A DNA stretch of 64,000 bases, taken from assembly GCF_006345805.1 (NCBI RefSeq), contig NC_043001.1:33108001-33172000 (forward strand), given 5' to 3'. Positions 1-13,873 of this stretch are shown in pieces; within the stretch, counting starts at the first letter, position 1, and each line of letters begins with the position of its first letter. The DNA is from Octopus sinensis (lineage: Eukaryota). Both the position numbers and the translations under genes were made by a program. The notes below the pieces were generated by a model. The model worked only from the letters and a program-made list of their open reading frames with translations. It was not told where the DNA came from and made no database searches.

Positions 1-81
1 GGCTATATTTATACTCATTATATAACTGCTACCCCGTCGGTTACGACGAAGAGTGTTCCAGTTGATCCGATCAACGGAACA

Positions 82-134
<53 letters not shown>

Positions 135-464
135 TATATAATGTATAAGTAGGGGATTGTGTGGACAAATAGATGTATGACTGCTACTATCATGTTTAAA
201 GCTCCACGTAGATTATCATCATCCAGCTGATTTCTTGTAAGCTCAACACTGTGTAGTATTACCACTTATGAACTATTGAGCAAATGTAGGTGAAATAAGA
301 CGGACACGTAACTTAACGCAATAAAGTGTTCCCTGATGATCCGTCGTTCTCGAGCATCTAAATGCTCTTGGAATAGCTATAGCAGGACTCCAAACAACCA
401 TAATGGTGAAATGCCTGTAGATACTATTATATAAACTAGCTTTATCCTTATATGTATACATAGT

Positions 465-730
465 TGAAATTTACAGAAAAAACAAAAGACGAGTATGAAC
501 AACAAGGAGGTGTATTGTTTTGACGCTAGGGAAAGTGAGAAAATATTTTACGGTTCCAACGTACACTCTTCAACGGAAATGAATATGAGGAAATAAACAG
601 AGAGAGAATAAAAAAGAAAAACTTTAGCGATCAATCATGGCAACTGGTTGGGAAAAAATATTTTGACAGGAGACCAAGAGGAAGGGGAGGTAATAAGGTA
701 TTGGTGATCCCAAAACGAAGGTGCGCGTGT
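465..730 (-). mobile_element. Diverged third copy of the CTGTNGA repeat
   Basis: Shares aacaaaagacga..., tagcgatc.atca.ggc and tggtgatcccaaaacgaag.tgcgcgtg with 36250-36540. The ribozyme region is decayed. Confidence 0.55.
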
Positions 731-1367
731 GAGTGAGAGTATGTAAGTTTGTGAGTGTATGGATGATGGCGTGTGAGTGTGCAGATAATAGTGTATGGTG
801 TGGGTGCTGGGAAGTGCTCAGAGGTAGTGTGTGTAGAGTGATGTGATGTGTATATATAAGTATATATATATATATATGCATATATATATATATATATATA
901 TATGTAAGGATATATATATATATATATATCCTTACATATATATATATTATATACCCTTACATATATATATGCATATCTTTACATATATGTGTATGATTAC
1001 ACACACACACACAGACACACACATACATGTATATGTATATATGTATGACTATTCGTACGTATATATATATAAAAGTATATAACAGATCGTACCACGCATC
1101 AGTACAATAAATAGTAATACTAGTAGTTAATTCGATTTTATCATAAAATGTAAGTGAATTCTCTAAAATGCATTACTGAAGGGAAAGTAACTACTTTCGT
1201 TTCTTTATGGAGATCATAGCTATTTCCCTTTACTAATGCATTTTGGGGGAATCCGCTAAATTTTGATGACAACAGCTAATTAGCCATAAGTGCCTTTATT
1301 TAGTTATTTATGCCAATGATGTTTCATAATTTATTAAGCGTATTCACACACATATATATATTCATAC

Positions 1368-1398
<31 letters not shown>

Positions 1399-1499
1399 CG
1401 CAAACACCACACAAGCACACATGTAGAGAGAAATGCATAAAGAAAGCTGTCTCGTCAAGATATAATGAGGGTAATTATACATACACCACACACACACAC

Positions 1500-1538
<39 letters not shown>

Positions 1539-1756
1539 GTATGTATGGAGAGAGAGATAAATAGATAGATAGAAACTATAATATAAGATATATATATTTA
1601 TTTATACGTGTGTGTGTGCGCATGTATATACGAATCGCTAACAGTCCGTATAAGTACAGTAATATTATAGAAGAAATACAAAAGTAAGTCAAAATTTATC
1701 CGCCCTTTCGCCAAAACTTTTTCTTAAGTTTACTGCACTGCCTTCAAAGCCAGGAG

Positions 1757-2064
1757 CACTCCGTCGGTTGCGACGACGAGGGTCCCAGCTGATACGATCA
1801 AAAGAACAGCTTGCTCGTGAAATTAACGTGTAAGTGGCTGAGCACACGACAGACACGTAGTTCTAGGAGTGATTCAGCGTGACACAGTGTGTGACAAGAC
1901 TGGCTCTTTGAAATACAGGTACTACTCATTTTTGCCAGCTGAGTGGACTGGAGCAACGTGAAATAAAGTGTCTTGCTCAAGGACACAACGCCCCGCCGCG
2001 AATTGAACCCACGACCTTACGATCATGAGCTGAATGCCTCTAACCACTAAGCCACGCGCCTTCA
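1757..2064 (-). mobile_element. tRNA-derived SINE (CORE-like ccttgagcaag; family-B tail)
   Basis: Head tgaaggcgcgtggcttagtggttag; near-copy at 3176-3474. Confidence 0.8.
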
Positions 2065-2960
2065 ATGCTAATCAGCAGTAAAATGATACAGGAATGCGTG
2101 AAGCAGGAAAAAGAAGCATGCCACGCATCTACCACTGACGTGAAGATTCAACAATCTCGAGAGATGGTTCTAGCAAACAGACGATTGATTATCGATGAGG
2201 TAGCATATTTTCCGAAAATTAGTCATGGTTCTGCTTTCAAAATCATCCATGTGAAGCTTCAATTCCTCAAAGTCAGTGCGAAATGGGTGCCAAGAAATAT
2301 TATCGAAGCGCATAAGCTTACTCAACGGCTACACCGATAAAAGCAAATTTATTTTGGATATGGTCGGCCGTGTGTAGGTGTGCAGTGTCATGCAACAATA
2401 ACACTTGATTTGACAATAGAACTCGGTATTTGATACAAATTGCTGTTATCAATTTGTTAGCTAACATTTCACTGTAGCTTACAGTGATGACTGGAGAACA
2501 CTTTTCCCGAGCATGTTCCAGAATAGTATTTTTGCATTTCCCAAAAAACAGTTAGAGTCAGTTTTTCTGCGGCAGGTTGAATCTTGAATTTCGTTTTCAT
2601 TGGCGATTGCGGGTGTTTCCACTCCAGACTCTACCTTTCGGATTCTGGTGCAAAGTTATGGATCCAGATCTTATCTCTTATGACTATGTCTGAAACCATT
2701 GAAAATTTGGCTTTCCAGTGCTGGAAGACCCTACACATAGTCCAGATCTTGCGGCTTCTGATGATCACCTCTTTGGACTGTTCAAACATTTTGAGGTCAT
2801 CGATTTGCTACGGAGGAAGAAGCGCAGGAAGCGATGTACAAATTGCTGAACAACTAGCCGAAAATCTTCTCTGATGTAATCAGATGTAATAAGCAGCCTT
2901 GAGAACCGCTGGAAGAAGTGAATCGAAAAGCAATGTGACTATGTCAGAAAATGATGTAAT
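2065..2960 (+). mobile_element. Fragmented mariner transposase relic
   Basis: ISHGSAFKIIHVKLQFLKVSAKWVPR (WVPR motif) at ~2215-2295, and THSPDLAASDDHLFG (YSPDLAP-like) at ~2730-2780. The middle is deleted or interrupted. Confidence 0.75.
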
Positions 2961-3175
2961 TGTTCAAACCTGGTTTTGTTTTAATAAATTACAAAAGCCA
3001 GAATACATACAATTTCTAACTTACCCTCGAATATATAGTTGACAATAGACAGCATTTATGAATGAAGATTAATATCAAATTAAATAGATCTTCTTATAAA
3101 CAGATATAGATATACAGACATATGCATATATGTATGTGTATATAAAGATATACATATCGTCACATACACACAAAG

Positions 3176-3474
3176 GAGCACACCGTCGGTTACGACGACG
3201 AGGGTCCCAGCTGCTACGATCAACAGAATAGCTTGCTCGTGAAATCCACAGACACGTGTACCTCTAATGTAGTTTTCAGATAGATTCAGCGTGACACAGA
3301 GTGTGCAAGGCTGGACTTTGAAATACAGGTACGACACGTTTTTGCCAGCTGAGTGGATTGGAGCAACGTGAAATAAAGCGTCTTGCTCAAGGACACAACA
3401 CGTCGCCAGGAATTGAACTCACGACCTTATGATCATGAGCCGAATACCCTAACCACTAAGCCACGCGCCTTCAC
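3176..3474 (-). mobile_element. tRNA-derived SINE, same family as 1757-2064
   Basis: Direct similarity to 1757-2064. Confidence 0.8.
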
Positions 3475-3504
3475 ACAAACACGCACTTATATACAGTCAT
3501 ATAA

Positions 3505-3790
3505 TACATACAGGCAGGCAAAGCAGACAAACAGATAGATGGGCAGGCAAACAGACAGACAGGTAGGCAACAGACAGACAGACAAGCAAACGACAGACAA
3601 GCAGGCAGGCAAACAAACAGACAGGCAGGCAGGCAGGCAAACAAACAGACAGTCAGGCAAATAGACAGATAGGCAGACAGATAAAGAGTGAGTGAGAGAG
3701 AGAGAGAGAGAGACAGGCAAATTGACAGACAGATAGATAAAGAGAGGAAGAAGAAGAAGGGGCACAGGCAAATAGACAAACAGATAAAGT
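3505..3790. repeat. (CAGA/CAGG)n microsatellite
   Basis: Direct inspection. Confidence 0.9.
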
Positions 3791-5289
3791 GAATAAATGT
3801 CCTGGATAAAAATCTCTTGGAATTGAATCATATATCCAGAAAAATAAGTCCGTCAACATTGTGTAAAATCTATAATTTTGAAGGTTTTATGAAGCCGGTA
3901 TATGTAAGGAGTATGTGATGATAGATTTAAAGCTCATATACTTGCATTTATCATGAATCGAACCTGAGAGCTACAAAGTATTTATAGTAATGTTCCCTCG
4001 TGCACTAAAAAATTCTTTCCACGCATTAATTTGGCGCGTATGATGAAACCATTATTCAAAAGAAGACATGGGATTCATTAAATTGATATTCTAATATAGT
4101 TCCTGCAAGGAGACGAGCTGGCAAAATCGCTAGCATTCCGAACAAAAGGCTTAGCGGCATTACATTCTCAGTTCAAATTTCGCCCATGTCAGTTTTACCT
4201 TCTATCCTTTTGGGGGTCGATAAAATAAGAACCAGTTGATCACAGGGGCTGATGTGATGTGGTCTTGCTCTACTCCCTCAAAATTGCTGACCGTGAGCCA
4301 AACTGTGGAACCATTATTACTGGCCCAGCTTCTATCTCATCCAGAGTTTGAACAGTATTCAATTATTCAAAAGAACATTTACGATAACTATTTACTTTAT
4401 TTATAAGTCTGGTGCTTCCAGTTATACAGTGGCTGATGTAGAGAAATGGATTACCTCCATCGTATTTATTTCTTTTATGATAAAAGGAAGGAACTTAGTA
4501 TGCACATTTTATTCTAAATTCAACTTCTAGATCAATTAAGGTGCAGAACCCTGTCTGTTGAATTAGAATCTTAATTTATGAATACCCGATAAATAACCAT
4601 CCAAGCATTCATAGCATTTCCATATGTGTCAATCCATATTTTTTACTATTTTTTTAGAAGTGAACTTAAAAATAATTTTCAAATCTTATTTATTGTGTGT
4701 GCGGGAGAGTGTTTATGTATGACAGGTGGGAGCATGAAGAAGGGAAAAAAAGTGACTCCCTAACCCAATGAGTTGTCACAAGGCACAAATCAATACAGAC
4801 CATACCTGTACAAACTATACTCACGTACTGATTTGAACTGCTAGGTAATATAATAGCCATTAATTGTCTAATGTTCTTGCTTATTAAAAATAAATGTTTT
4901 GTGAGACAAAAATATTTTGTTACAATTAAGCGGACAGTGTTGCCTGAGAGCGACGTATCTCTGGCATGGACAATGCACTTTTCTTGTAATGAGATATAAA
5001 TTGTTGACCTTGCAAATGGTAAACCAACACCCGATCGATTTGGTTCGCTAATACTTCTTCGTGTAATTAGTTGTTTTAATTTATAGTGCGTGAGATATCA
5101 TTGGCTAATTGATCCATATTGATTAAGGTTGTTTTAGTAAAGTGTAGCAAATAAATTATTTAGTAATGCATAACTTTACAAAACTTCAGAATGGTATAGT
5201 TTTAAAAAGCAGATACCAATATATTGTGAAACATTGTAAATAAAGATGTAATTCTGAAAGATACTTTGGTAAGAATCAATAAGTTCGGT

Positions 5290-5715
5290 TGCCAAGATGA
5301 AATTAAACAGACAAAGCCTTCAGCCATGTGTCAAGACTTTTACTCTCAGTTAAAGGGACCATTGTCCCTGATGTGAAACCTTTTATATTCCTCATGCCAA
5401 AGGTATCTACTAATACTCGACGAATTCTTCTTTGGATTTTCTAATATAATTGTTGCCAATGCAGATCCTTAGCAGTTTTCTTCAATTCAGGATATGAACA
5501 CAGAATATAAATGGGTGATAAGGCAATAACAAATTTAATAACGTATGGCAAAGACTATGACGGTTTTCAGACATTATTGGAGTCATAGATGAAAAATCGA
5601 CAATTTGTATTCTGTCTTATATTCAGAGATTCGGCAAATAGTTTTCTCCTTACATGACAAAATCCACCTTGCTGTGAACGGGTATCATAAGGATTATCTC
5701 TTTTAGCAGGCTGTG
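5290..5715 (-). mobile_element. Highly degenerate RTE-like LINE RT fragment
   Basis: Minus-strand remnants QQGGF..., IRDNG..., THG*R.CLFNFIL loosely match EQAGF...QGC.LSP.LFN. Many disruptions. Confidence 0.35.
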
Positions 5716-5891
5716 CACACATTACACTCATACACAAACACACACACACACATAATACATACACACACACACACACATAATACATACACACACACACATA
5801 ATACATACACACACACACACATAATACATACACACACACACATAATACATACACACACACATACATAATACATACACACACACATACACAC

Positions 5892-5938
<47 letters not shown>

Positions 5939-6178
5939 AGATACATAATTCACCCTCACTAAAAAGGGACCGAGGGTGTATGGAGCACTGACATTGCTAG
6001 AAACAAGAGTCAGAGACTCTTTAGCCACAGAAAGCACATGTTCTATAGAGACAACCATTTTAGTGACGGTGAATCATTTCCTATTTTGGTTTTAAATTGC
6101 GTCTGGAAACATTAATTATTTTATAATTTTCACATTACCATTTTACGGATTACTATGGTAAACGCTATAAATACCTGT

Positions 6179-6408
6179 TTCTTTATTACCCACAAGGGGC
6201 TAAACATAGAGGGGACAAACAAGGACAGACAAACGGATTAAGTCGATTATATTGACCCCAGTGCGTAACTGGTACTTAATTTATCGACCCCGAAAGGATG
6301 AAAGGCAAACTCTACCTCGGCGGAATTTGAACTCAGAACGTAGCGGCAGACGAAATACGGCTACGCATTTCGCCCGGCGTCCTAACGTTTCCGCCAGCTC
6401 GCCGCCTT
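6179..6408 (-). mobile_element. tRNA-derived SINE, family A (ggcggcgagctggcagaa...)
   Basis: A/B-box-like head (gagttcaaattcc) and a tail ending gccccttgtggg..aataaag. Many copies in the window. Confidence 0.85.
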
Positions 6409-7079
6409 AAACTCTTTAAATACCGACAGGCAAAAATTCAGCTTCACCACCCGCGATGGAGTAAGCATTGATTTCTATGCGAAATTAGCATGCCAATCTA
6501 ATGCTATTTCGGCTAAGAATTCAAGGCGGTGCTCCAGCATGGCTGCAGTCTAATGCTTGAAACAAGTAAAAGAATAGTGAAATGTTTCTAATCCTTTATT
6601 TAGCTACCTTCAAGAAATTCAGGTTGTCTAAGTTTTATAACCTTTTACCTCGTTGATACGAAAGTCGCTTTGCTAAATCTAATATTTTGGTAAAAAAAAA
6701 ACAAACAGGTAAATTAAAATCAATTACTGTACACAATTACTCGACAAAATTTTTACGAGGCCCCTTACGTTCTAGAAAAGGAAGCTAAATCTTTAACCAA
6801 TGACACATAAAGCATTATAAAAAGGAAGGACACAATAGGCAATATAGTCTTTATATACATCTTTGGTGATAGGTTTATTTAACCAAGACTAAGCTGGGGG
6901 GAAAACAACAAGAATAATTGCAAAAATAATGCCATGACCTGTACCGCCAACACAACATTCAAGAAGTCAATGTGAAAATAAAATATATTCATTCGACTTC
7001 CAGAAATGATATCGGTTGGCCATTTGCATTTTGTAATTTGCAGACAGATGGATAAATCGATAAAAACCTGCACTCACAC

Positions 7080-7080
<1 letters not shown>

Positions 7081-7110
<30 letters not shown>

Positions 7111-7720
7111 TGTATGTATGTATGTATGTATGTATGTATGTATGTATGTATGTATGTATGTATGTATGTATGTATGTATGTATGTATGTATGTATGTATG
7201 TATGTATGTATTATGTATGTATGTATGTAAATGTGTGTCTATGTGTATGTATGTATGTGTATATATACATGCATATATATATTATATACATATATATAAT
7301 ATATATACATATAATAGCTATTATATAATATATATACATATATATATATATACATAATATATTATTTTCATATGGATATATATGCATATATATATATGTG
7401 TGTGTATATATATAATATAATATATATATATATATATGTGTATATATATATATATATCTATATGTGTAATATATATATATATATATATGTGTAATATATA
7501 TATATATCTATATGTGTAATATATATATATATATATATATGTGTATATATATATATATATATATGTGTGTATATATATATATCTATATGTGTGTATATAT
7601 ATATATAATGTGTATATATATATATATATATGTGTATATAATATATATATATATGTGTAATATAATATATATATATAGATTATATATATCTATATATATA
7701 TGTTATATATATATATATAT

Positions 7721-7765
<45 letters not shown>

Positions 7766-7774
7766 TATTGTGTG

Positions 7775-7808
<34 letters not shown>

Positions 7809-8073
7809 GTATATATATATATATATATTATATGTGTTATATATATATATATATATGTGTGTATATAGATATATATATATATATATATATATGTGTATAT
7901 ATATATATTATATATATGTGTATATATATATAATATATTATTGTTGTATATATATATATATATATGTGTGTATATATAATATATATATGTGTATTATATA
8001 TTATATATATGTGTTATATATATATATATATGTGTATATATATATATATATATATGTGTATATATATATATAT

Positions 8074-8118
<45 letters not shown>

Positions 8119-8149
8119 TTATGTTATATATATATATATATATATATAT

Positions 8150-8189
<40 letters not shown>

Positions 8190-8346
8190 TATTATATATA
8201 TATATATATATATATATGTGTATATATATAATATATATAATATATATATGTGTATATATATATATATATCTATAATGTATAATATATAATATATAATATA
8301 TCTAAATATCTATACATATAATATCTATAACATATATATATAATAA

Positions 8347-8377
<31 letters not shown>

Positions 8378-8380
8378 CTA
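7081..8380. repeat. (TATG)n followed by a long compound (TA)n/(TG) microsatellite
   Basis: Direct inspection. Confidence 0.97.
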
Positions 8381-8800
8381 TACGCGTGTGTGTGTGGATG
8401 TATGTATGTATAATACGCATGTGTGTGTGTGTGTCTGTGTTTGAGTGTTAGATTTGATTTAGGCCTTACATATCACCGTCTCCAAGTGTTATCATAGTAT
8501 AATCAGAGCTCAGAATATTCTGTTATACAGACTTCATGAGATTTATGAGATCTGTTCATTGGAATATACCGGCTTCTCAAGATACGGTGATAATAGAAGG
8601 AAACGTTTGGCTGGCAGCAAGGTGCGATGTTAGAATAATGCATATTTACACTGCATTTAAAATGTATAGCACTCTTCATGCAAGTGTGGTCTGGTCAAGA
8701 CTTAAACAACATTCTTACACACACGTGTGTATGTGTATGTGTGAATGTTTCTGTACAGTGATAGATAGACAGAGAGAGAAAGGGTGACAGAAATACGGAC

Positions 8801-8832
<32 letters not shown>

Positions 8833-9689
8833 TTATGTTTGTTTGTATGTTAAGTTATTATAGACAATTTTACATTAATCTGAGCACAAATTTATTATTC
8901 TTATAAACAAGCATGTTGTTGAAAGTGACTTCAAAGATTCGGCCAGCTAAGCCATCGTAAGACTGTTAACAACATTCTTGTCTAAGGATAATAGGTAGGT
9001 AGGTAGATTTCTTTACACAGAAGGGACAAAATACAGAGTAGAGCTTTTCTTTTTGGGAAGAAAAGAAGGAAATAAAAAAAGTTCGAATTCCGACCAAAAG
9101 GGATCGTGAAAAAAAATGGTGGTGACGATCAATAGGGATCGTGTATCACAGAATCAAAGTAAGAAGGGAAAACAGATTAGGTTTGTCCGTGGATAGAAAA
9201 GCCTACGGAAAAGACCACGGGAACCTTGGGCAATAGTGTCATGCAAAAAGAAAACATATTACAATAAGTGGCTCTCATATTTCCTTTCGTTTTTTTTTCT
9301 TCTGGTTCATAGGATTATGCTCAAGCTGGCTCAGTCATTCACACGTGCCGTCCTTGCTACATTCACCCATGTTTATTTGAAACATTCACTAGATAAAACT
9401 TCCCTCTCTACTCTCGCCTTCCTCTTCAAGCGATACTTGAAGAAGTTGATGAGAGATTGACCATAGACGAAAATGTTTGTCTCTAGACCTTTCAGATGCG
9501 TCCACCATACACATTCTTTCGCCATAGCCGCAAGTAGATAGATAGATAGATAGATAGATAGATATGCAAATTGCAAAAACAGCTAACAAGAGAGAAGTTT
9601 ACTTCTTGACTACTGGCACAACTTAGTGTATCACCCAAATATCGCTAATACAATATCACTATTATTATTATAACACAGCAAAAGGTGGA

Positions 9690-10735
9690 ATCGTAAACCC
9701 ATCGGAAAAAAAAAGCTGAGACGCATTTCTTCAAATTCTGTCGAGGCTGGCTTTTTCTTTCGTCATTTCGGAGCCGATAAAATAAGTACCAGTTAAACAC
9801 TGGAATCGATGTAATCGAGTAACCCCTCCCCCGAAATTGCTGGCCTTGTGTCAAAATTTCAAAATGTTACAAATGTCAGGCCTTATTCCTTCAGTAGAAT
9901 AGATTATTAAAGCACAGCAAAAGACAGTAAATTGAAAGAATCGTAGGCTCAGCAGAAATAAAATTCTTAGTGGCATATGTTCAAATTCCGCCGAGGTTGG
10001 CTTTTTCTTCCATCTCGTAGTCGTTAAAATAAGTACCAGTTAAACACTGAGGTCGATGTAATCGAGTTATCCCTACCACGAAATTGCTGGCATTGTGCCA
10101 AAATTTGAAACTTACTATTATAATTAAAAGGCGACAAGCTGGCAGAATCACTAGCCTGGCGGACAAAATGCTGAGCAGCATTTTTTTGCTGCTCTGTGTC
10201 CTGAGTTCAAATATCGCCAAGGTCAACTTAGACATTCATCCTTAAGGGACAGCACAACTCAAAAACTATGGTACTCCAGAAGCTTACTGGCCTTGTGCTA
10301 AATTTTAATGAATCACTTTATTATTAAAATGCAGCAAGTTATCAGAATCGTAAGCTTACAGGAAAAAATGCTTAGAGTTATCTCTTCTGTCTTAAGCTCT
10401 GAGTTCACATCCTACCGAGGTCAACTTTGCCTTTCGTCCTTCCAGGGTCGATAAAATAAAGTGCAAGTAAAATACCGGGATAAGACGTAACTGATTTGTC
10501 TCTCTCCTTCACATTTCACATTTTGAGTTTATTGTAGAAAGAATTCGAGCAAAATGATTAACATCACTTCGTCTGTCTTTATGTTCTGAGTTCAAATTCC
10601 ACTGACGTTCACCTTGCCTTTCATCCTTTAGGGGTCTATAAAATAAGTATAAGTTGAAGACTGGAATCGATGTAATCGACCTACCATTTTACCTGAAACT
10701 GCTGACTTTGTGCCAAAATTTGAAATCATTATTAT
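9690..10735 (+). mobile_element. Cluster of about five decayed family-A SINE copies
   Basis: Repeated gagttcaaattcc...aaataagtaccagt...gatgtaatcga...aaattgctggccttgtgccaaaatttgaa units. Confidence 0.7.
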
Positions 10736-13397
10736 TACCTCCGCCTTAGCGAAGGCGGAGGTATTATTTTCAGTCGCGTTTGTTATCATATGTTTGCCCC
10801 AATCAAATGAGACATAACACTCATTTCCTTTATTGTGTATAACTCTGAGATTCAGGAGTTGGGTCGATAATAAACTATGGTGAAATATTCCTGTCCAAAC
10901 TTCTTAACCCCTCAGGCTTCCCTTTAAGTCCTATATACTGAGATGGCATGTCCACAATATAAGCATCTTCATGTCATATGCAGATGATTTGAGCTTAACG
11001 TTACTGGATCGAATCTATTAAGCTATTTCGTTTCTTTACTAATTAGTTAATATTTGTTTCTAACATTTGCATAACGCAACAAAGTTATCACGATAGATAA
11101 ATATCGAGTAATGATATCCAGTATCTGATTGGTACTTATTTTATCGATATCAAAAAAATAAAATTACGGAGATGTACTTGCATAGCAAGTGACTTAATCT
11201 GAGATCGTGTGTTGGAACGAAAACAATTGCAGCGTGGAAGGTGTTTATAAGCCATTTAAGAAACACACACACAAAAACCGTTAGATTCACTTCAACATAT
11301 AAATTTAATTTGTCAAAATATTTTCGTCGCTTTGAGACCGCGACCTGTTCACTGACAAAATTCCGTGCTGCATCAGAAGAAATGTTAAACGTGAAGAGGA
11401 CGTAACAAAATACCGTTAAAGTGCTCCCTTAATTTTGTCGGTCTTTGCTGTAATATAAATTTATAACACAGGGGCTATACCACACATTTTGAGTATAGGG
11501 TATAACTGATTACTCCCAACCTCAGTATTTGATTATTACATATTTAATCGACCCTAGAACGATGCAAAGCAAATGTGAACTTAATGCAATTTGAACTCGT
11601 CAAATTAATTAACACTAGTCATTTATTCCGTCCCTCTTCTGATTATATCAATTCCCTGCTTCTGCTACGGCGATATTAAAAAGTGAATATAATACTAGGA
11701 ATGGTATTCGCGACCGTTTAATGTGTACATATCTCCATTTATATCGCATCAAAATGGCAAACTGTCGAATCAATTTTCACTTCTCCAAAGGTTTTATATT
11801 TGCCATAAATCCTTTCCAGTTCGGCATCCATTAACGAGCTGTCTTTTTAGATTGACTGCTTAGTAAACACTATGTTTTTCTAATTATGGAGCAACATGCG
11901 ATGACGTTAGACACTTAATCTCTTTCGGAGCCATCACTCCATCATTAACTAGTAACCTTGCAGTTGTTTTTCAAATCCAGATGCATGAGCCACAAGGTAG
12001 TCATTAAGGTGTCACATACAAACGGTGAATATAAATTTCTGTTTGTTTATTTGTTCTTTTTTTTTTTGATTGCAATATAATGTTTAGTGTTCTTTTAGTC
12101 AGTATAAAGCCTAGAACAATTTAGAGTAAAACGGAATATGATATTGTATATTACATTATCTTTGATGATAATGATTGTGGTATTGATGGTGGAGCTAGCT
12201 GTGGTGATATTGGAAGGTAGTATTCCGCCTGATGATGATGTTGAGGATGATGATGTTTGGGCTGCAGTTGTAATTGTTGTTTTTCCTGACAAGTATCGTA
12301 ACAGTAATTCCTCTTGGGTTTCTTTACTTTTATTTCGAGCCTTCATCGATTTCAAATTTACTATCACACCAGCGGGATTTAAATGGTGTGAATATATAGA
12401 TAAAAGGATTTTGAACCCTATCAACTAATTGATAAGTATACACTCTGATAATTTAAACAAAATGCTCAAACTAACAGAATCTTTACTCATCAAACAGAAC
12501 GTTTAAATTATCTCACCATATTACTAAAATTTCGTCAGTAAATAAGTCTATTTTATGCGGCCAACATTAACGGAAATAACGTATCAATTTATCTAGGCAA
12601 TATTCTTCAGTCTGAAGAAACGATTTATTGCAGTATCTGATGTTTTGATAAACGTTATTTCTCTATTTTTGTATGTGATAGATTAAATATAAACGTTTCC
12701 AATTACATTGGTAGTCACTCATTTCTTAACAGCCCATATTCCCTCGACAAAATATTAGTATTCTTTATTTTATTTGTTGGTTTCCGTTTGAACTATACAC
12801 TTTATGGTATGAGAGCTGAAACATAACCCCAAATTTGGTTACTAATTTTTACTACTTTATAATAACTTTTAACCGGAACAGAAAGAAGCTTCTTCACGAT
12901 AGATGCAATGTTGTTTGAGCCCACTAAATAATCCATGTTTTAGAGTAATATATTCATTTTTTCCGTTTATATCAGAAGCTTAATTATAACGTTATTAGTA
13001 TTTTATATTGCTGGTTATTCTGATTTTTATTCATGCTTTCTTTGAGTGTATATAGTGCTTACAGAATTTTAACGCTTTTTTTAAAACTGAATCATGTGGA
13101 TAATAGACGTTGCAGGTTTGTGTTTCAATGTTGGAAGAGTGGATGAGGAGAAAGAAGAGAAATGAGGCAGCTATTGAGCAAAAAGAAAAGGGACTGCGCA
13201 CAGCTATAAAAGTGTGTGTGCGGAGAAAACATGCGTGAAAGAGAAGGGTTAAATATTTCATCGTAAATTCGTCAGTAGCTTAAAATTCAACTGCAGTTTA
13301 GTTCACAAACGATCGATATGGAGCAACATCAATAACATACATTACCTTTTCAATAAGTCATCTTCGAATATTTATTATTCGTGAACTTCTTCACGGA

Positions 13398-13500
13398 ATG
13401 TTAGTGTATTGGCTGATCTTCCTCTGCTTGTTTCAATCCTTGATTTCCTCTCCCACAATTCACTGTCTATTTTTCTTAAATAGAGATCTCCACATTCATC
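13398..13500 (+). CDS. Candidate first coding exon (signal peptide) of the Dscam-like gene
   Basis: ATG in unique sequence encoding MLVYWLIFLCLFQSLISSPTIHCLFFLNRDLHIH, which resembles a signal peptide. Ends in phase 1 at c|gtgtgt, compatible with the 25087 acceptor. TATAAAA at 13205-13211. The donor is weak and there is no transcript evidence. Confidence 0.3.
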
Positions 13501-13810
13501 GTGTGTGAGGGGGTGGAAATCACATATTTTAAAGGAAGACTTTTCAAACAATTTTCTTTATGAATATCTAATTTTTTTTTTCTTTTGATAGGCTTGCATG
13601 GTGTATATATTATGTAGGGCTACATTAAAAATAAATTTAGGTTACTTGTTTGGTTTTTTTTAAGAAATCATTTTTCCAGTCTATATAAAAGAAGATACAT
13701 GCTCAGTAAGGTTATATATACACATACACATAGACACACATACACACACACATTGTTTTATATATATATATATATATATCTATACAATATGTTACATTAC
13801 TCGGTAGTCA

Positions 13811-13873
13811 AGATAAAACTCTGAGTTTCAGATGCCGAAGTGGAAATCCACAACACCATCTCTTCGGTTATCT
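13811..13873 (-). ncRNA. Hammerhead-like motif, left-arm copy of the Penelope pLTR
   Basis: Reverse complement of 16793-16855. Confidence 0.6.

Noticed and set aside
9465-9515. Possible decayed hammerhead on the minus strand (CTGAAA GGTC TAGA GAC AAAC)
   Set aside because: Both the core and GAAA are broken and there is no second copy in the window to build a consensus.
11165-11375. Segment resembling a dispersed non-coding repeat, and the hairpin tacctccgcc...ggcggaggta at 10737-10762
   Set aside because: No second copy or TSD in the window, so classification cannot be supported.
12095-12428. Overlapping ORFs on both strands with hydrophobic or Ser/Thr-rich stretches
   Set aside because: Explained by low-complexity (GAT/GGT)n sequence; no domain similarity or good splice sites.
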